64,000 nucleotides of DNA from an uncultured Rivularia sp. (GCA_963665115.1 OY762007.1:128001-192000); one strand, 5' to 3'; positions 11,508 to 22,188 are shown, counted from the stretch's first letter. Made by a program: numbers and translations. Notes: generated by a model not told the origin, from the sequence alone.

Positions 11508-12884
11508 ATGTCTAATAAAGAGCCTTGGCTAGCTGTTACCCTGTCAAGCCTTTGGATGGGTACAGGACAAATATATTCTGGATACGGAAAAAAAGGTGTA
11601 TTATTAATGTTATTAGGATTGATACTTTCTCCGCTTTATGCTGTAGGAATGTTATACGCTATGGCAGTATTACTAGGAACTACACCCCTAAATGGTTTTA
11701 TCGTAGTATTATTCCTTGTATTACCTGTATCAATATTTCTATATATATGGAATTTGATTGATGCTTATAAATTGGCAAAAGAGAAAAACACATCAGACTT
11801 TGAAAACAACCGCAAAAAAAATAAAGATGCATGGTTCGCTGTACTCTTGTCTATATTTCAACCAGGATTAGGGCATATATATATTGGGAAAACAATAATA
11901 GGCTTCACTTTCATTTATGTATCCTCATTTATTAATGTTTTCTATGGCTCTGCCTATTCATTGCTGTTTGGCATTTTAATTCCTTTTAATAAGACATTAA
12001 TACATTCTTTTATTATCTACGATGCCTACAAATCAACCCCTGTAAAAACGAAGTACTTTAAGAAAAAAAATATTATCCAAGAAATTTTTACAAGTATAAA
12101 AAGTTGCTTTAAGCCAAAAACAGTAATTGCTAATGTTTGCATATTACTTGTGCTCGTTAAAATTGGTAATTCGCTAAACATAATACATAATTATTTTTAT
12201 GTGTCTGCGGGCTTAAAGCAAAGACAGTACAACGATTTTATGGAACCTACTTTATTGAGTTCGGAGAGTAACTCGAAAGCAGACACAATTATTGTTGCAC
12301 CTCGTTTTATTTATTTAAATAGAACTAGCATAAGATGGCCTTATATATTTCAGCGAGGATTTAATGATTATTTAGATTTGGTTACATGGTTGGATCTAGA
12401 TATGCTGAATAACTTAGAATCTTCTAATATATTTAATTATTCATTTTTATATAATGCTAGACGGGAAGATATAATCACATTTGACTCTTTTGAGCTATAT
12501 TTTGAGCTAAAAAGTTCAAAACTGACAAGACATACAAATTATAAGGATTATAAGGAGATTTTTGATTCTGCTCAACGCATTATCGGTATGCCGGGAGACA
12601 AAGTAGAACTTAAAGAAGGTAAAGTTTATATTAACGACAAGCAGTTAAAGGAAAACTACCTTGCACCGGGACAGACCACCGAACTTGATTTATGTAAGGT
12701 CGATTTTCCGCAACCAGCTTATTTATCTAAACCAGTGACTATACCACCTAAGTCATACTTAGTATTAGGAGATAATCGTAACAAGAGTGTTGACGGTCGC
12801 TGCTGGGGTGTAATTAAAGAAGAATATATTACTGGCAAAGTATCAGGAATAATTTGGCCTCCGGAACGTCAAAGAAGGCTATAA
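11508..12884 (+). CDS. Signal peptidase I (S26)-like membrane protein with duplicated N-terminal TM module; catalytic residues appear substituted
   Basis: KEPWLAV..G.GQIY and KDAWFAV..PGLGHIY modules; MEPTL, RIIGMPGD and YLVLGDNRNKSVDGRCWG boxes. Confidence 0.85.
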   Translation: MSNKEPWLAVTLSSLWMGTGQIYSGYGKKGVLLMLLGLILSPLYAVGMLYAMAVLLGTTPLNGFIVVLFLVLPVSIFLYIWNLIDAYKLAKEKNTSDFENNRKKNKDAWFAVLLSIFQPGLGHIYIGKTIIGFTFIYVSSFINVFYGSAYSLLFGILIPFNKTLIHSFIIYDAYKSTPVKTKYFKKKNIIQEIFTSIKSCFKPKTVIANVCILLVLVKIGNSLNIIHNYFYVSAGLKQRQYNDFMEPTLLSSESNSKADTIIVAPRFIYLNRTSIRWPYIFQRGFNDYLDLVTWLDLDMLNNLESSNIFNYSFLYNARREDIITFDSFELYFELKSSKLTRHTNYKDYKEIFDSAQRIIGMPGDKVELKEGKVYINDKQLKENYLAPGQTTELDLCKVDFPQPAYLSKPVTIPPKSYLVLGDNRNKSVDGRCWGVIKEEYITGKVSGIIWPPERQRRL

Positions 12885-12926
12885 GACAATTATTATTAGT
12901 AGCGAAAGAATTAATAAAATTATTTC

Positions 12927-13805
12927 ATGCGCCGAGATTCTATATTCTATAAATTGTTTCAACAATACCCAAGCTTGCTGTTTGAACTGTTGACAAACCC
13001 ACCAGATAATGCATCCGAATACAAATTTGATTCAGTAGCTGTCAAAGAACCAAAATTTGAAATCGATGGTGTATTTCTACCACCAGAAAATCAAAGTCCA
13101 GGTGCTGTATATTTCTGTGAAGTGCAGTTTCAAAAGGACGAAAGATTATACGAAAGAGTATTTGCAGAATCTTCCTTATACTTCTACCGTAACCGCGACC
13201 GATTCAACGATTGGCAAGTTGTAATAATTTACCCTTCACGTAATACAGAACAAAGCGATATTTATCCCCATCGCGGACAACTCAACAGCCCTCAAGTCCG
13301 AAGGGTATATTTAAATGAATTGGGAAATATTCGCGAATTACCTGTATGGGTAGCGCTGATGGTTTTGACTACCGTAAACGAACAACAAGCACCCGAAGAA
13401 GCTAGGTATTTAATATCACGTTCTTCCACCGAACAGCCAGAAACTAGAAGTCAGGTAATAATAGATTTAATCACGACGATAATAGCGTACAGATTTGAAC
13501 AACTTAGTCGAAGCGAGGTCGAAGAAATGTTAGGAATTACCCTCAAAGAAACCAGAATGTATCAAGACATTAAGGAAGAAGGGAAAGCAGAAGGGAAAGA
13601 AGAAGGAAGAGAAGAAGGAAGAGAAGTAGAAGCGCGATCGCTCATCCTCCGTCAGCTAAATCGACGAGTAGGAGAATTACCACAAGAAATACGTCAACGT
13701 GTTGAAAGTCTCTCCCTAGAGCAATTAGAAAATCTTGGAGAAGCGTTGCTTGATTTTAACAGCATGGCAGATTTACAAACTTGGTTAGAAGAGGTTAGGA
13801 ATTAA
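12927..13805 (+). CDS. Rpn family recombination-promoting nuclease/putative transposase, copy 2
   Basis: Near-identical to 6538-7392, with 8 extra residues in the EEG(K/R) repeat. Confidence 0.9.
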   Translation: MRRDSIFYKLFQQYPSLLFELLTNPPDNASEYKFDSVAVKEPKFEIDGVFLPPENQSPGAVYFCEVQFQKDERLYERVFAESSLYFYRNRDRFNDWQVVIIYPSRNTEQSDIYPHRGQLNSPQVRRVYLNELGNIRELPVWVALMVLTTVNEQQAPEEARYLISRSSTEQPETRSQVIIDLITTIIAYRFEQLSRSEVEEMLGITLKETRMYQDIKEEGKAEGKEEGREEGREVEARSLILRQLNRRVGELPQEIRQRVESLSLEQLENLGEALLDFNSMADLQTWLEEVRN

Positions 13806-13817
13806 GTGTTAGGTGTT

Positions 13818-13846
13818 GTAGAGACGTAGCAGTGCTACGTCTCCAC
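13818..13846. repeat. REP-like palindrome GTAGAGACGTAGCA-n-TGCTACGTCTC
   Basis: Copies also at 17618-17643, 22740-22765, 45477-45502 and 59028-59053; a degenerate copy lies inside murD at 28321-28346. Confidence 0.85.
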
Positions 13847-13895
13847 AGGAGTGAGGAGTTAGGAATTATGAGTTAATTTTTCTACCCCCAATCCC

Positions 13896-15446
13896 CTATT
13901 CCCCAATCTCCTCTTCAACAACTTCCTTCCGATCCGTCAACGGCTTCACAACTTTCGCTATAGCCTCCGATATAAAAGCCTTCACAAATTCATCCCGACG
14001 ATTTAATTGAAACTGCCTTTGCACTACTTCCGTCATTCCTCCATCACCCCAATCTTGATCGTGACGGAAATATTCAATAAAGCTTTTACCCGCAATTCTG
14101 GTTAAATAAGCTGCCGTTACTCCTTGAATTGCTCTACCTATTACAAAAGTTGCAACGTTTAACTGTAGCGCTGTGGAAACTAACTGCAAAGCACCTTTCA
14201 CTATACCCAAACTTGCCAAAGTTTTCGCAAGAGAAAGCGCTAATTCCCTTCCCCTTTCCATGTTAAGTTCGCAACCGTAAACCCGTCCAATTTCTACTAC
14301 CATTTGAGCGTTTACCGCAGCAGTTGCTAATAAATCCACCATCGGTAAAGGTGTAACTGAAACTACACCTGCTCCAATCCACTGAAAACGATCTACAATT
14401 TTATTCGCTTGCCGACGGCGTTGAGTATCGATCAGTTTTCTGGCTTCTTCTCCCAATCTTATTGATTGCAGCAAAATATTATCTGCCACTAAATCTTCAC
14501 CTTCTGCCCGTAAAATTGCTGCCATCCGCCGTAACAATGGCACAATTTCCGGCTCCGAACGGAAAATATCGCCGTTTTCTAACTCTACCTCCTGGGGATT
14601 AGCGGCGATCGCCACGACATCGTTTGTGGGAATAAAGCCCCGCACTCGCTCGCGCAGTTTGGCTAAAATCGCTTGGGTGTCTTCTTCGGCATACAAATCG
14701 GTTTTGTTTAAAACCACCAGCGAACGTTTACCAATTTCCGCTAATGCTTTTAAAGGTTCGTATTCGGAGCGTCGTAAGTCGTTATCTACTACAAATAATA
14801 ATAAATCGGCACTAGTTGCTAATTCCCTAGCTAACTGTTCCCTTTCAGTACCTGCAACTCCCGCTTCCAAAATACCCGGTGTATCAGTAATCAAAATTCT
14901 GCGCTCCATCCCCTTGAGACGCAAACAATAAGTTTCCCCTACGGTGGTAGTTCCCATCGGTGCATCAACATTACCCACCATTCGCCCCATCACCGCATTC
15001 ACCAAAGAAGTTTTACCAGCACTCCCAGTACCAAATACCACCACTTGAATTTCACCGCGTGACAAATTTGCTTCAATTTCGCGGGATTTACTCAACAAAG
15101 CTTGCCGAGAAACTTCATCTTGAATTTGCGAAACCTGTTGGCGCACGGCTGATAAAGTCGTGGAAGCAGTCTCTGTTTTCTTTTCAGGAAGCTTAATATT
15201 AGGGCGTTTACGATTTTTACTGCGCTGTTCCCCAGACTGTATTTTTAATACATAGTAAACAAAAGCCGCAATTAAAGCCGCAACCAAAATCACCAGCAAA
15301 AACAGCAGCAAATTACCCAAAAATGGGGAATAAGACAATTGCCAGTAAAGCCGAGATAGCGAATCTATCAGCCACAGACTAAGCCCGAGGATGACAATTA
15401 AGCCGACAATTAAAGTAACTAAGCGGGATACAGGTATTTTGGGCAT
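13896..15446 (-). CDS. YcjF/DUF697-family protein with 2 N-terminal TM helices and an Era-like GTPase domain
   Basis: GTGSAGKTS (G1), DTPG (G3), NKTD (G4), C-terminal PLPMVDLLA helical domain. Confidence 0.88.
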   Translation of the reverse strand: MPKIPVSRLVTLIVGLIVILGLSLWLIDSLSRLYWQLSYSPFLGNLLLFLLVILVAALIAAFVYYVLKIQSGEQRSKNRKRPNIKLPEKKTETASTTLSAVRQQVSQIQDEVSRQALLSKSREIEANLSRGEIQVVVFGTGSAGKTSLVNAVMGRMVGNVDAPMGTTTVGETYCLRLKGMERRILITDTPGILEAGVAGTEREQLARELATSADLLLFVVDNDLRRSEYEPLKALAEIGKRSLVVLNKTDLYAEEDTQAILAKLRERVRGFIPTNDVVAIAANPQEVELENGDIFRSEPEIVPLLRRMAAILRAEGEDLVADNILLQSIRLGEEARKLIDTQRRRQANKIVDRFQWIGAGVVSVTPLPMVDLLATAAVNAQMVVEIGRVYGCELNMERGRELALSLAKTLASLGIVKGALQLVSTALQLNVATFVIGRAIQGVTAAYLTRIAGKSFIEYFRHDQDWGDGGMTEVVQRQFQLNRRDEFVKAFISEAIAKVVKPLTDRKEVVEEEIGE

Positions 15447-15711
15447 TGGGGATTGGGCATGGGGAATTAGTAATGGGTAATAGGTAATTGTTAACTGTTC
15501 CCCATTCCCTTATTAATAGAAGATTTTCAATCTAAAATCCATAATCATACAACTTCAAACTCCTCACCTTTAAGCTTTAACCTTTAACCTTTAAGCTTTG
15601 ACCTCTAACCTCTAACCTTTGACCTTTAACCTTTAATCTTTGACCTGTATTAAATATTTTATCTAATATAAACATGAAGGTAATTTTTAATAAATTAGGA
15701 GATATCGGGAT

Positions 15712-16236
15712 ATGGGATTATTCGATCAAGTTTTGAATGCGGTGAACAACCCACAAACGCGAGGCAGTATGGATGATATTGGTGGTATTCTCAATACCGT
15801 GCAGCAGTTGAGCGGTAATGCTGGTACAAACTCTTCTACAATGCAGTCTGCTATGGGTGTTGTTGGTAATTTTGTTCGTTCTTCTTTACAAGAAAAGCGA
15901 GTTACAGAAGGCGATCGCCAAGCTGAATCTATAGTAGACCAATTTAGCGGTACTTCCCCTAATTCTCAAGCTGTAAATTCACTTTTCTCTGGTGGTATGC
16001 AGCAGCAGGTAGCCCAAGCTATTTCTCAGCGCACTGGTTTGGATGCAAATATGGCTATGCAAATGTTACCCATGCTGGTTCCTTTGGTGTTGAAATTTTT
16101 ACAGTCGGGTACTAATGCCCAAAATCCCCAGTCTGGTGGAAATTCGGTTCTCAGCAGTTTCCTCGATGCTGATGGTGATGGTGATGTAGATATTTCCGAT
16201 GCGATGGGAATGGCTACCCGTTATTTGGGACGATAG
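15712..16236 (+). CDS. DUF937-family protein with C-terminal EF-hand-like DADGDGDVD motif
   Basis: MGLFDQVL start, LPMLVPLVL, FLDADGDGDVDISDAM; AGGAG RBS upstream. Confidence 0.8.
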   Translation: MGLFDQVLNAVNNPQTRGSMDDIGGILNTVQQLSGNAGTNSSTMQSAMGVVGNFVRSSLQEKRVTEGDRQAESIVDQFSGTSPNSQAVNSLFSGGMQQQVAQAISQRTGLDANMAMQMLPMLVPLVLKFLQSGTNAQNPQSGGNSVLSSFLDADGDGDVDISDAMGMATRYLGR

Positions 16237-16419
16237 TTTCAATTATCAGTTATCAATTATCAAAATTAATTGATAATTGATAAATTTATCCTCTTATATG
16301 CTTTTAACAGATGTTAAGCTATAAAGTTATCAAACTGAATAATGCTAGTCTTGCAGATGCAGACATAGAAAAGATTTATATAATTATTTATAAATTAATA
16401 CTTTTAATGGATATAAATT

Positions 16420-16480
16420 CGTAGTGCGAGCATCTTGCTCGCTTGAGATATATTATAGCAAGCATCTTGCTCGCACTACG
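16420..16480. repeat. REP doublet GTAGTGCGAGCATCTTGCTCGC...GCTCGCACTAC
   Basis: Inverted pair; relatives near 34024, 34757 and 55041. Confidence 0.75.
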
Positions 16481-16523
16481 ACATATTTTCAACCTGAAAA
16501 GACGCTCTCTACAATTACCAAAT

Positions 16524-17573
16524 TTAAATCCCTTTAAAACCAACTTCATTATCCATCTCTTTAGTTAATTTATCTCGATTGGCAAGACGCTTATTTTCTT
16601 TACGAATACCAAGTTGACTGATAAAAATACCAATAATTACTATACTACCGCCGATATATTGAGCAACACTAGGAACTTCTCCTAAAACAAAAAATGCTGC
16701 AACTATTCCGGAAATAGGAATAAAAGAACCTGCTAAAGAAATCTTAGAAGACGGAGAACCTTCCAACCCGATAAACCAAAATGATTGTCCTAGTGCAACA
16801 ATTACCGCACCATAAAGCAACATCCATTTCCATAAAAATGGTGAGAAAACATCCATAAAATGATTGTTGCCATATAGAATTAAAGCTGCAAAAAAGAAGA
16901 TAATTGCTCCTAGTACGGTACGAAATAAACTGTAAAATCCTGGGGTAATATTATTTAAACTTTTTTTACTCAAGATTGTGGCGATCGCCAAACTAACAGC
17001 CCCAATTGCAGTGAAAATTTCTCCCAAACCGATAGCTGCAAATCCCTCTGCTGTGATCATATTTTCAAAGAAGGTTTGCAGAAGCACTATTATACAAATG
17101 CCAATAAAAGAAATTACTGCTCCAACTACTTGTAATAGATTAACTCTTTCACCTAAAAATAAAAAAGATAAAGCAAGAACTAAGGGAGGTTCAAGTCTAC
17201 TAATCAAAACTACATTAGTTGCTTGAGTACGAGAAAGTGCTTCAAAAATTAACGCAGGTGCCAAAGCTCCAGATAATATTGACACACCAATTAAACTCCA
17301 CCAATCTTTTCGAGAAAGGTGTTTCCAGTAACTAGGATGTAATTGTCTGCCATAAATTAAAAATAATACTAATGCAGCACAAACATTACCTACAAATAAG
17401 ACATTACAGAAAGATATTGGATTTCTGCCATCCATAAAATTTTCCGCACCAATTTCTGTCAATCTTTTAGTAATCGCATTGGCAGCACCAAAGATAATTA
17501 CAGCTATCCATAGAAAAACAGAAGCTGGTAAACGTTTAAATAAGTTAGTTGGTTTATTTGAATTATTAGCCAT
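16524..17573 (-). CDS. DMT/EamA family transporter
   Basis: About 10 TM helices; LEPPLVLALSFLFLGE and FFVLGEVPS motifs. Confidence 0.9.
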   Translation of the reverse strand: MANNSNKPTNLFKRLPASVFLWIAVIIFGAANAITKRLTEIGAENFMDGRNPISFCNVLFVGNVCAALVLFLIYGRQLHPSYWKHLSRKDWWSLIGVSILSGALAPALIFEALSRTQATNVVLISRLEPPLVLALSFLFLGERVNLLQVVGAVISFIGICIIVLLQTFFENMITAEGFAAIGLGEIFTAIGAVSLAIATILSKKSLNNITPGFYSLFRTVLGAIIFFFAALILYGNNHFMDVFSPFLWKWMLLYGAVIVALGQSFWFIGLEGSPSSKISLAGSFIPISGIVAAFFVLGEVPSVAQYIGGSIVIIGIFISQLGIRKENKRLANRDKLTKEMDNEVGFKGI

Positions 17574-17677
17574 TTAAATTTTGGATTTTGGATTTTAGAT
17601 TTTCAACCACAACCCTTGTAGAGACGTAGCACTGCTACGTCTCCCAGCGCTACATCTCCCACAGCAAGGATAAAAAA

Positions 17678-18998
17678 TCAAATATCAAGAACAATTTTTT
17701 CAGTCTTCGGTTGAGAAATACAAATCAAAACTTCACCATCATCGGGAGTACCAGTAGGCTCTTCGTGATATGCAACTTCACCTGATTGAATTTTGCAGCT
17801 ACAGGTTAAACATACACCTACACGGCAGCTAAAAGCAGGATTAATTCCATTAGCTTCGGCAAATTCTAAAATTGTGCCGTCTCCTTGATTCCAAGTTAGG
17901 GTTTTACCAGATTCAGCAAATACAATTTCGGCTGTTTCCACACCTTCAACTGCTGTAGAAGATTCTGACGAAGATTTTTTAGGAGCTTTACTAAAAGATT
18001 CAAAGAAAACTTTATTTTCGTCAACTCCCCATTCTCTCAATCCTTCCCGCAAAGAATCCATAAATGCTGGGGAAACCGCATAAATAAAATTCTGCGTTTT
18101 CATGTGCTAATTCTTTAATCAAATCAATATCAACATAACCAACACTATGACATTTTTCTCCATCTTGAGGACGGCTGTAACGATAATGTACCTTTAAATT
18201 GGGATTTTGTTCGGCTAAAGCCATCACTTCTGGTTGAAAAGCGTGAAAATCTTCGTTTCTAGCACCATGTACAAAATAAATTTGACGGTTGGGATTTTCA
18301 ACAGTACAAGCTTTTGCCATACTAACCATCGGAGTTATTCCCACACCATTACTGATAAATACCGCTGGTGCCGATTCTTCTACATCAATATAAAACTTTC
18401 CATTAGGTGGTTTTGCTGGAATTATCGCTCCTTCTTCAATGCAATCATGCATAAAATTAGAAGCAATACCTGGAGGAAGATCCAAATTGGAAGCAGATTC
18501 GCGTTTAATTGAAAGCCGATAATATTGATTTGGATGGTTATAATCGGAAAGCGAATAAGTACGAATTACAGGTTTCTCTACTCCGGGAATATCAAGCTTA
18601 ATTGTTAAAAATTGACCAGGCTTAAAATTAGGTATTGCACTTCCATCCTGGGGTTTGAGATAAAAAGAAGTAATTTCAGAACTTTCTTTTACTTTTTTGA
18701 AAACTATAAAATTTCGCCAATCTTGCCAAACGTCTTTTTTATAATTAGCTTGAGTCTGACTTGATTCGGGTTCAGATTCTCTACTTGTTTCTTTACCCTT
18801 TAAAACGTAACTTAAAACAGAACCAGCAGTAATACCAGTTAAAGAAGAACAAACAGCGAGTTTATTCAAATCTTTATTTTTCGGATTGATTAAACCGATA
18901 GCTGCACCAGCGACAATTGTTGAAATAGCGAAACCCATGCTTGCATATACAGTAGTTTTAAGCCAGGGATTATCAATTTTTCTAAAACTTTCAACCAT
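17678..18998 (-). CDS. FAD/NAD-binding oxidoreductase (FNR-like) with C-terminal 2Fe-2S ferredoxin; frameshift at ~18073-18075
   Basis: RTYSLS, SNGVGITP; YLCGSPAFM is restored by removing one base; ferredoxin motif SCRVGVCLTC...LIC. Confidence 0.88.
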
Positions 18999-19239
18999 AT
19001 TCTGTATTATCCTTTAATAAAAAGTAGACAATCTAACGGTCGTATCTTAATACTTCGTGCTACCTTCTACAAGGGATATTTTACGCTTATTGATTTTATA
19101 TTGTTAAATACAATAATAATATTAAATTCGTTCGCATCGGAGTGAAAAAAATCATAGAGACACACAGAGCGCAAAGAAAAAAAAGAGAGAAGTAACGCAC
19201 CAATAAATTATGATACGTTACGCATATTCGAGCAAAACT

Positions 19240-20091
19240 TTAGGTTTCAACCGTTTGATAAATTTCACGAATGTCTTCTAAAGTATTTATTGTCCATAAC
19301 TTTTGTTGAATTTGTCTTAATATATCTAAATCTTTTATCAAAGATATTTCTGACATTAATTGTAATCCTTCTGAACCAAACTTTACTTCTAAACCCCGTT
19401 CAATTCCTGAAATTAAACCTTTGATCTCTCCTTGATTCAAAATTTCTTGATACCAGGGTGATTCCTGCAATACAGTCATATCCCACCTCATAATTTGCTG
19501 TACTAATTGAGTTGATAATACAAAGCTAGCAAAGAAAGCTAAAAGTGGTTCTAATTCGTCTAACTTTTCATCGGCACGTAATAACTGTACCGCTTGCTGC
19601 ACAACTGTTATCTCATTTCCACCTTTAAGTATTGGTACAAAAGGTAATAAAGAAGAAAGCGATTGTTGAAAAACTAGCTGTACATCTACTTCCCACAAAT
19701 TAATAACTTGATAGTCTTGACGCGCTTGCAATCCTAAAACTTGCGATTGATAACCATTGGCAATTTCTACTGTTTGCGATGGTGGCAAGATATTAATTAA
19801 TACTGGATAAACTGGTAAATTATATTTTTCCTCTGCAAGCCCTGCATAAGCCCGTATTCTTCTTGGTAAACGAGTGTTGTAACGTAATTGCAATTCGTTT
19901 AACACCAAGAAATTCCCGATTTGTGGGTGATGAGCCTTGACAACTACATCACTTTCTCGGCTAATCCATTGAAACTCCGAAGCAAGAATTTCTCGCGCCG
20001 ATACGTCTGCCGATTGTGTCACCCACTTTACCCAAGCATCTGGAGATAAACTAATTAATCGTTTGCTGCCGATATCTGCTGTTTTTGGCAT
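19240..20091 (-). CDS. Rpn family recombination-promoting nuclease/putative transposase (second subfamily)
   Basis: ADIGSKRLISL, RESDV, LVLNELQ, MRWDMTVLQESPWYQEI. Confidence 0.85.
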   Translation of the reverse strand: MPKTADIGSKRLISLSPDAWVKWVTQSADVSAREILASEFQWISRESDVVVKAHHPQIGNFLVLNELQLRYNTRLPRRIRAYAGLAEEKYNLPVYPVLINILPPSQTVEIANGYQSQVLGLQARQDYQVINLWEVDVQLVFQQSLSSLLPFVPILKGGNEITVVQQAVQLLRADEKLDELEPLLAFFASFVLSTQLVQQIMRWDMTVLQESPWYQEILNQGEIKGLISGIERGLEVKFGSEGLQLMSEISLIKDLDILRQIQQKLWTINTLEDIREIYQTVET

Positions 20092-20095
20092 ATTA

Positions 20096-20151
20096 AATTA
20101 CCAATTACCAATTACCAATTACCAATTACCAATTACCAATTACCAATTACC
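20096..20151. repeat. STRR heptamer (AATTACC)x8
   Basis: Eight perfect copies fill almost the whole gap between the argJ stop and the Rpn start. Confidence 0.95.
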
Positions 20152-21464
20152 TATGTCGTATACTCCGCATTAATTTTCACGTAATCGTAACTCAAGTCGC
20201 ATCCCCAAGCTTTACCTTCACCCGCGCCATTTCCAACGCTGACTTTAATAATTACAGGATTATCTACCCTTTGCATATTTACCGTATTCCTATCAACAGT
20301 TAAATCGTTACTATTATTAGTTGCGACAACATCTTTTGGCAAAGAAGATTCTGCTGCTGTTTGTTGCAAATATGCGCTCGCTGCTTTTCTATCAAACTCT
20401 AGGGGTTGTCCTTTTTCCATTAATAAAAAATCTCCCATCTGAATTCTCAAATCGCTTTGCTCGAAGGGTACTCCAGCACGCCCAGCAGCAGCAGCAATTC
20501 TTCCCCAGTTGGCATCTCTACCAAAGATTGCAGATTTAACTAATGAAGAGCCAGCAATGGTTTTGGCAATTTGTACTGCTGATTTTCCATTGACTGCACC
20601 GCTGACTTGCACTTCTATCAAACAAGTTGCACCTTCACCATCGCGAGCGATCGCCTTTGCTAAATGTTGACAAACTGCGGTTAACATTGCTTCCAATTTC
20701 TTGGCTTCGGCAGTCATTTCTGTAATCGCTGGGGTGCGGGATTGTCCGTTAGTTAAAGCAATTAAACTATCATTAGTACTGGTATCGCCATCAACCGTAA
20801 TTGCATTGAAACTCTTATCAGCAGCACGACTGACCATTTCTTGCCACAATTTAGGAGAAACCGCAGCATCGCAAGTCACAAACGCTAACATCGTCGCCAT
20901 ATTCGGATGAATCATTCCCGATCCTTTACTGATTCCGCCAATTCTTACAGGTCGATCGTGTATAGTTGTTTCTAGCGCAATCGATTTTTTCACCAAATCT
21001 GTAGTAATTATCGCCTTTGCTGCTGCGTCACTACCAGTTTCTGAAAGTGCTTCCACTAACTTAGGGATACCTGCTTTAAAAGCATCCATCTTCATTCTTT
21101 GTCCGATTACCCCAGTTGAAGCCAGCAACACCGACTTTGAAGAAATATTAAGTGTTTGCCCCAAGATCATCGCAGTTTCAAGAGCATCCAACCAACCTTG
21201 TTTACCAGTAGAAGCGTTAGCCTGTCCCGCATTGCAGAGAATAGCGCGGGCACTCTGCGACGATAATAACCGCTGACGACAATAGTCAACACAAGCCGCT
21301 GTTACCTGCGACATTGTAAACACACCTGCGGCGATCGCCTCTACATCTGAAACAATCAACGCTAAGTCTGGCGCACCCGAAGGCTTCAGCCCAGCAGCAA
21401 TTCCCCCTGCTTTATATCCTCTAGGTGCTGTAACACCACCATCTATTTCTTGCCAATCACTCAT
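20151..21464 (-). CDS. argJ: Bifunctional glutamate N-acetyltransferase/amino-acid acetyltransferase ArgJ
   Basis: [21 protein letters not shown] (autocleavage Thr), [37 protein letters not shown] at 21464. Confidence 0.97.
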   Translation of the reverse strand: MSDWQEIDGGVTAPRGYKAGGIAAGLKPSGAPDLALIVSDVEAIAAGVFTMSQVTAACVDYCRQRLLSSQSARAILCNAGQANASTGKQGWLDALETAMILGQTLNISSKSVLLASTGVIGQRMKMDAFKAGIPKLVEALSETGSDAAAKAIITTDLVKKSIALETTIHDRPVRIGGISKGSGMIHPNMATMLAFVTCDAAVSPKLWQEMVSRAADKSFNAITVDGDTSTNDSLIALTNGQSRTPAITEMTAEAKKLEAMLTAVCQHLAKAIARDGEGATCLIEVQVSGAVNGKSAVQIAKTIAGSSLVKSAIFGRDANWGRIAAAAGRAGVPFEQSDLRIQMGDFLLMEKGQPLEFDRKAASAYLQQTAAESSLPKDVVATNNSNDLTVDRNTVNMQRVDNPVIIKVSVGNGAGEGKAWGCDLSYDYVKINAEYTT

Positions 21465-21650
21465 TTCTCTTCCCCTGCTTTTGCTTCTCTGCAAGAGGGG
21501 ATTATATCAATTATTAGTTAACGCGGGCAGGATAACTTATTAGTTATTAATAGGAATTGGGGATTGGGCATGGGGCATTGGGGATTGGGGATTGGGAATT
21601 GGTAAAGTTACTTCCTGCCTAGTAAAAGATTACTTATAATAAAACCGCTC

Positions 21651-21717
21651 AGACAAGGCAGTGCGTTGCGGAGGTTCCCTCCGTTGTCGCAACTGCCGCG
21701 CAGAGAAACGCGAAGGT
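21651..21717. repeat. Small dispersed repeat (GCGTTGCGGAGGTTCCCTCCGTTG family)
   Basis: Same core at 39937-40152 (nested), ~44803-44847, ~45181-45208 and ~55860-55911. Confidence 0.7.
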
Positions 21718-21920
21718 AGTAGGAGTTGTTAGCTCAAAATACTGCTTATGCTCCAAGGATAAAGATTATGCAAGCAGCTTGAAAACCCTATTTTTGAAAT
21801 ATCAAGACTTTACAAAGTAGTTTCAGCAATCAATTCAGATCAAGTGTAAATTCAAAATATCAGTTTCAACACCTATACCCAATCCTGAATGCCCAATGCC
21901 CTAACACCGTATAAATACCC

Positions 21921-21974
21921 AAAAAAAAAGAGAGCTACTTGGCAGCTCTCCGGATCATCAGGGTGCATCTACTT
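21921..21974 (-). ncRNA. Putative small RNA, array copy 1 (~54 nt)
   Basis: Minus strand: TGaTATACT-atgtt-AAGTAGATGCACCCTGATGATCCG-GAGAGCTGC-caa-GTAGCTCTC-T9. Confidence 0.78.
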
Positions 21975-21997
21975 AACATAGTATATCACTATTTGTC

Positions 21998-22015
21998 GAG
22001 GGGGCTTTACCCCTC
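21998..22015. promoter_or_regulatory. GGGG-N5-CCCC palindrome (HetR-box-like) at -35 of sRNA copy 1
   Basis: Minus strand GAGGGG-TAAAG-CCCC-CTC; 15 bp from the -10 hexamer at 21980-21985. Confidence 0.65.
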
Positions 22016-22093
22016 AGTTAATTTTGGTTTAAATTTTGGTAAAGAAATTATCTTTAACTTCACAGTATTTTTATTTAGAATTGGAATAAACAT

Positions 22094-22147
22094 AAAAAAA
22101 AGAGAGCCACTTGGGTAGCTCTCCGGATCATCAGGGTGCATCTACTT
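22094..22147 (-). ncRNA. Putative small RNA, array copy 2
   Basis: TGaTATACT; identical 5' core; hairpin GAGAGCTAC-ccaa-GTGGCTCTC followed by T8. Confidence 0.78.
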
Positions 22148-22171
22148 AACATAGTATATCACTATAGTCCC

Positions 22172-22188
22172 AGGGGGTGAGACCCCCT
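22172..22188. promoter_or_regulatory. HetR-box-like palindrome at -35 of sRNA copy 2
   Basis: AGGGGG-TGAGA-CCCCCT with perfect 6-bp arms; 15 bp from the -10 hexamer at 22153-22158. Confidence 0.68.

Larger units (their letters stand above)
12893..14129 (+). repeat. Long direct repeat, right copy (partner ~6503-7734)
   Basis: Same content as the left copy; homology ends after ...gttactccttgaat in both. Confidence 0.9.

Noticed and set aside
20260..20360. Apparent C-terminal insertion in ArgJ
   Set aside because: In-frame, not repeat-derived and possibly lineage-typical; cannot be judged without an alignment.
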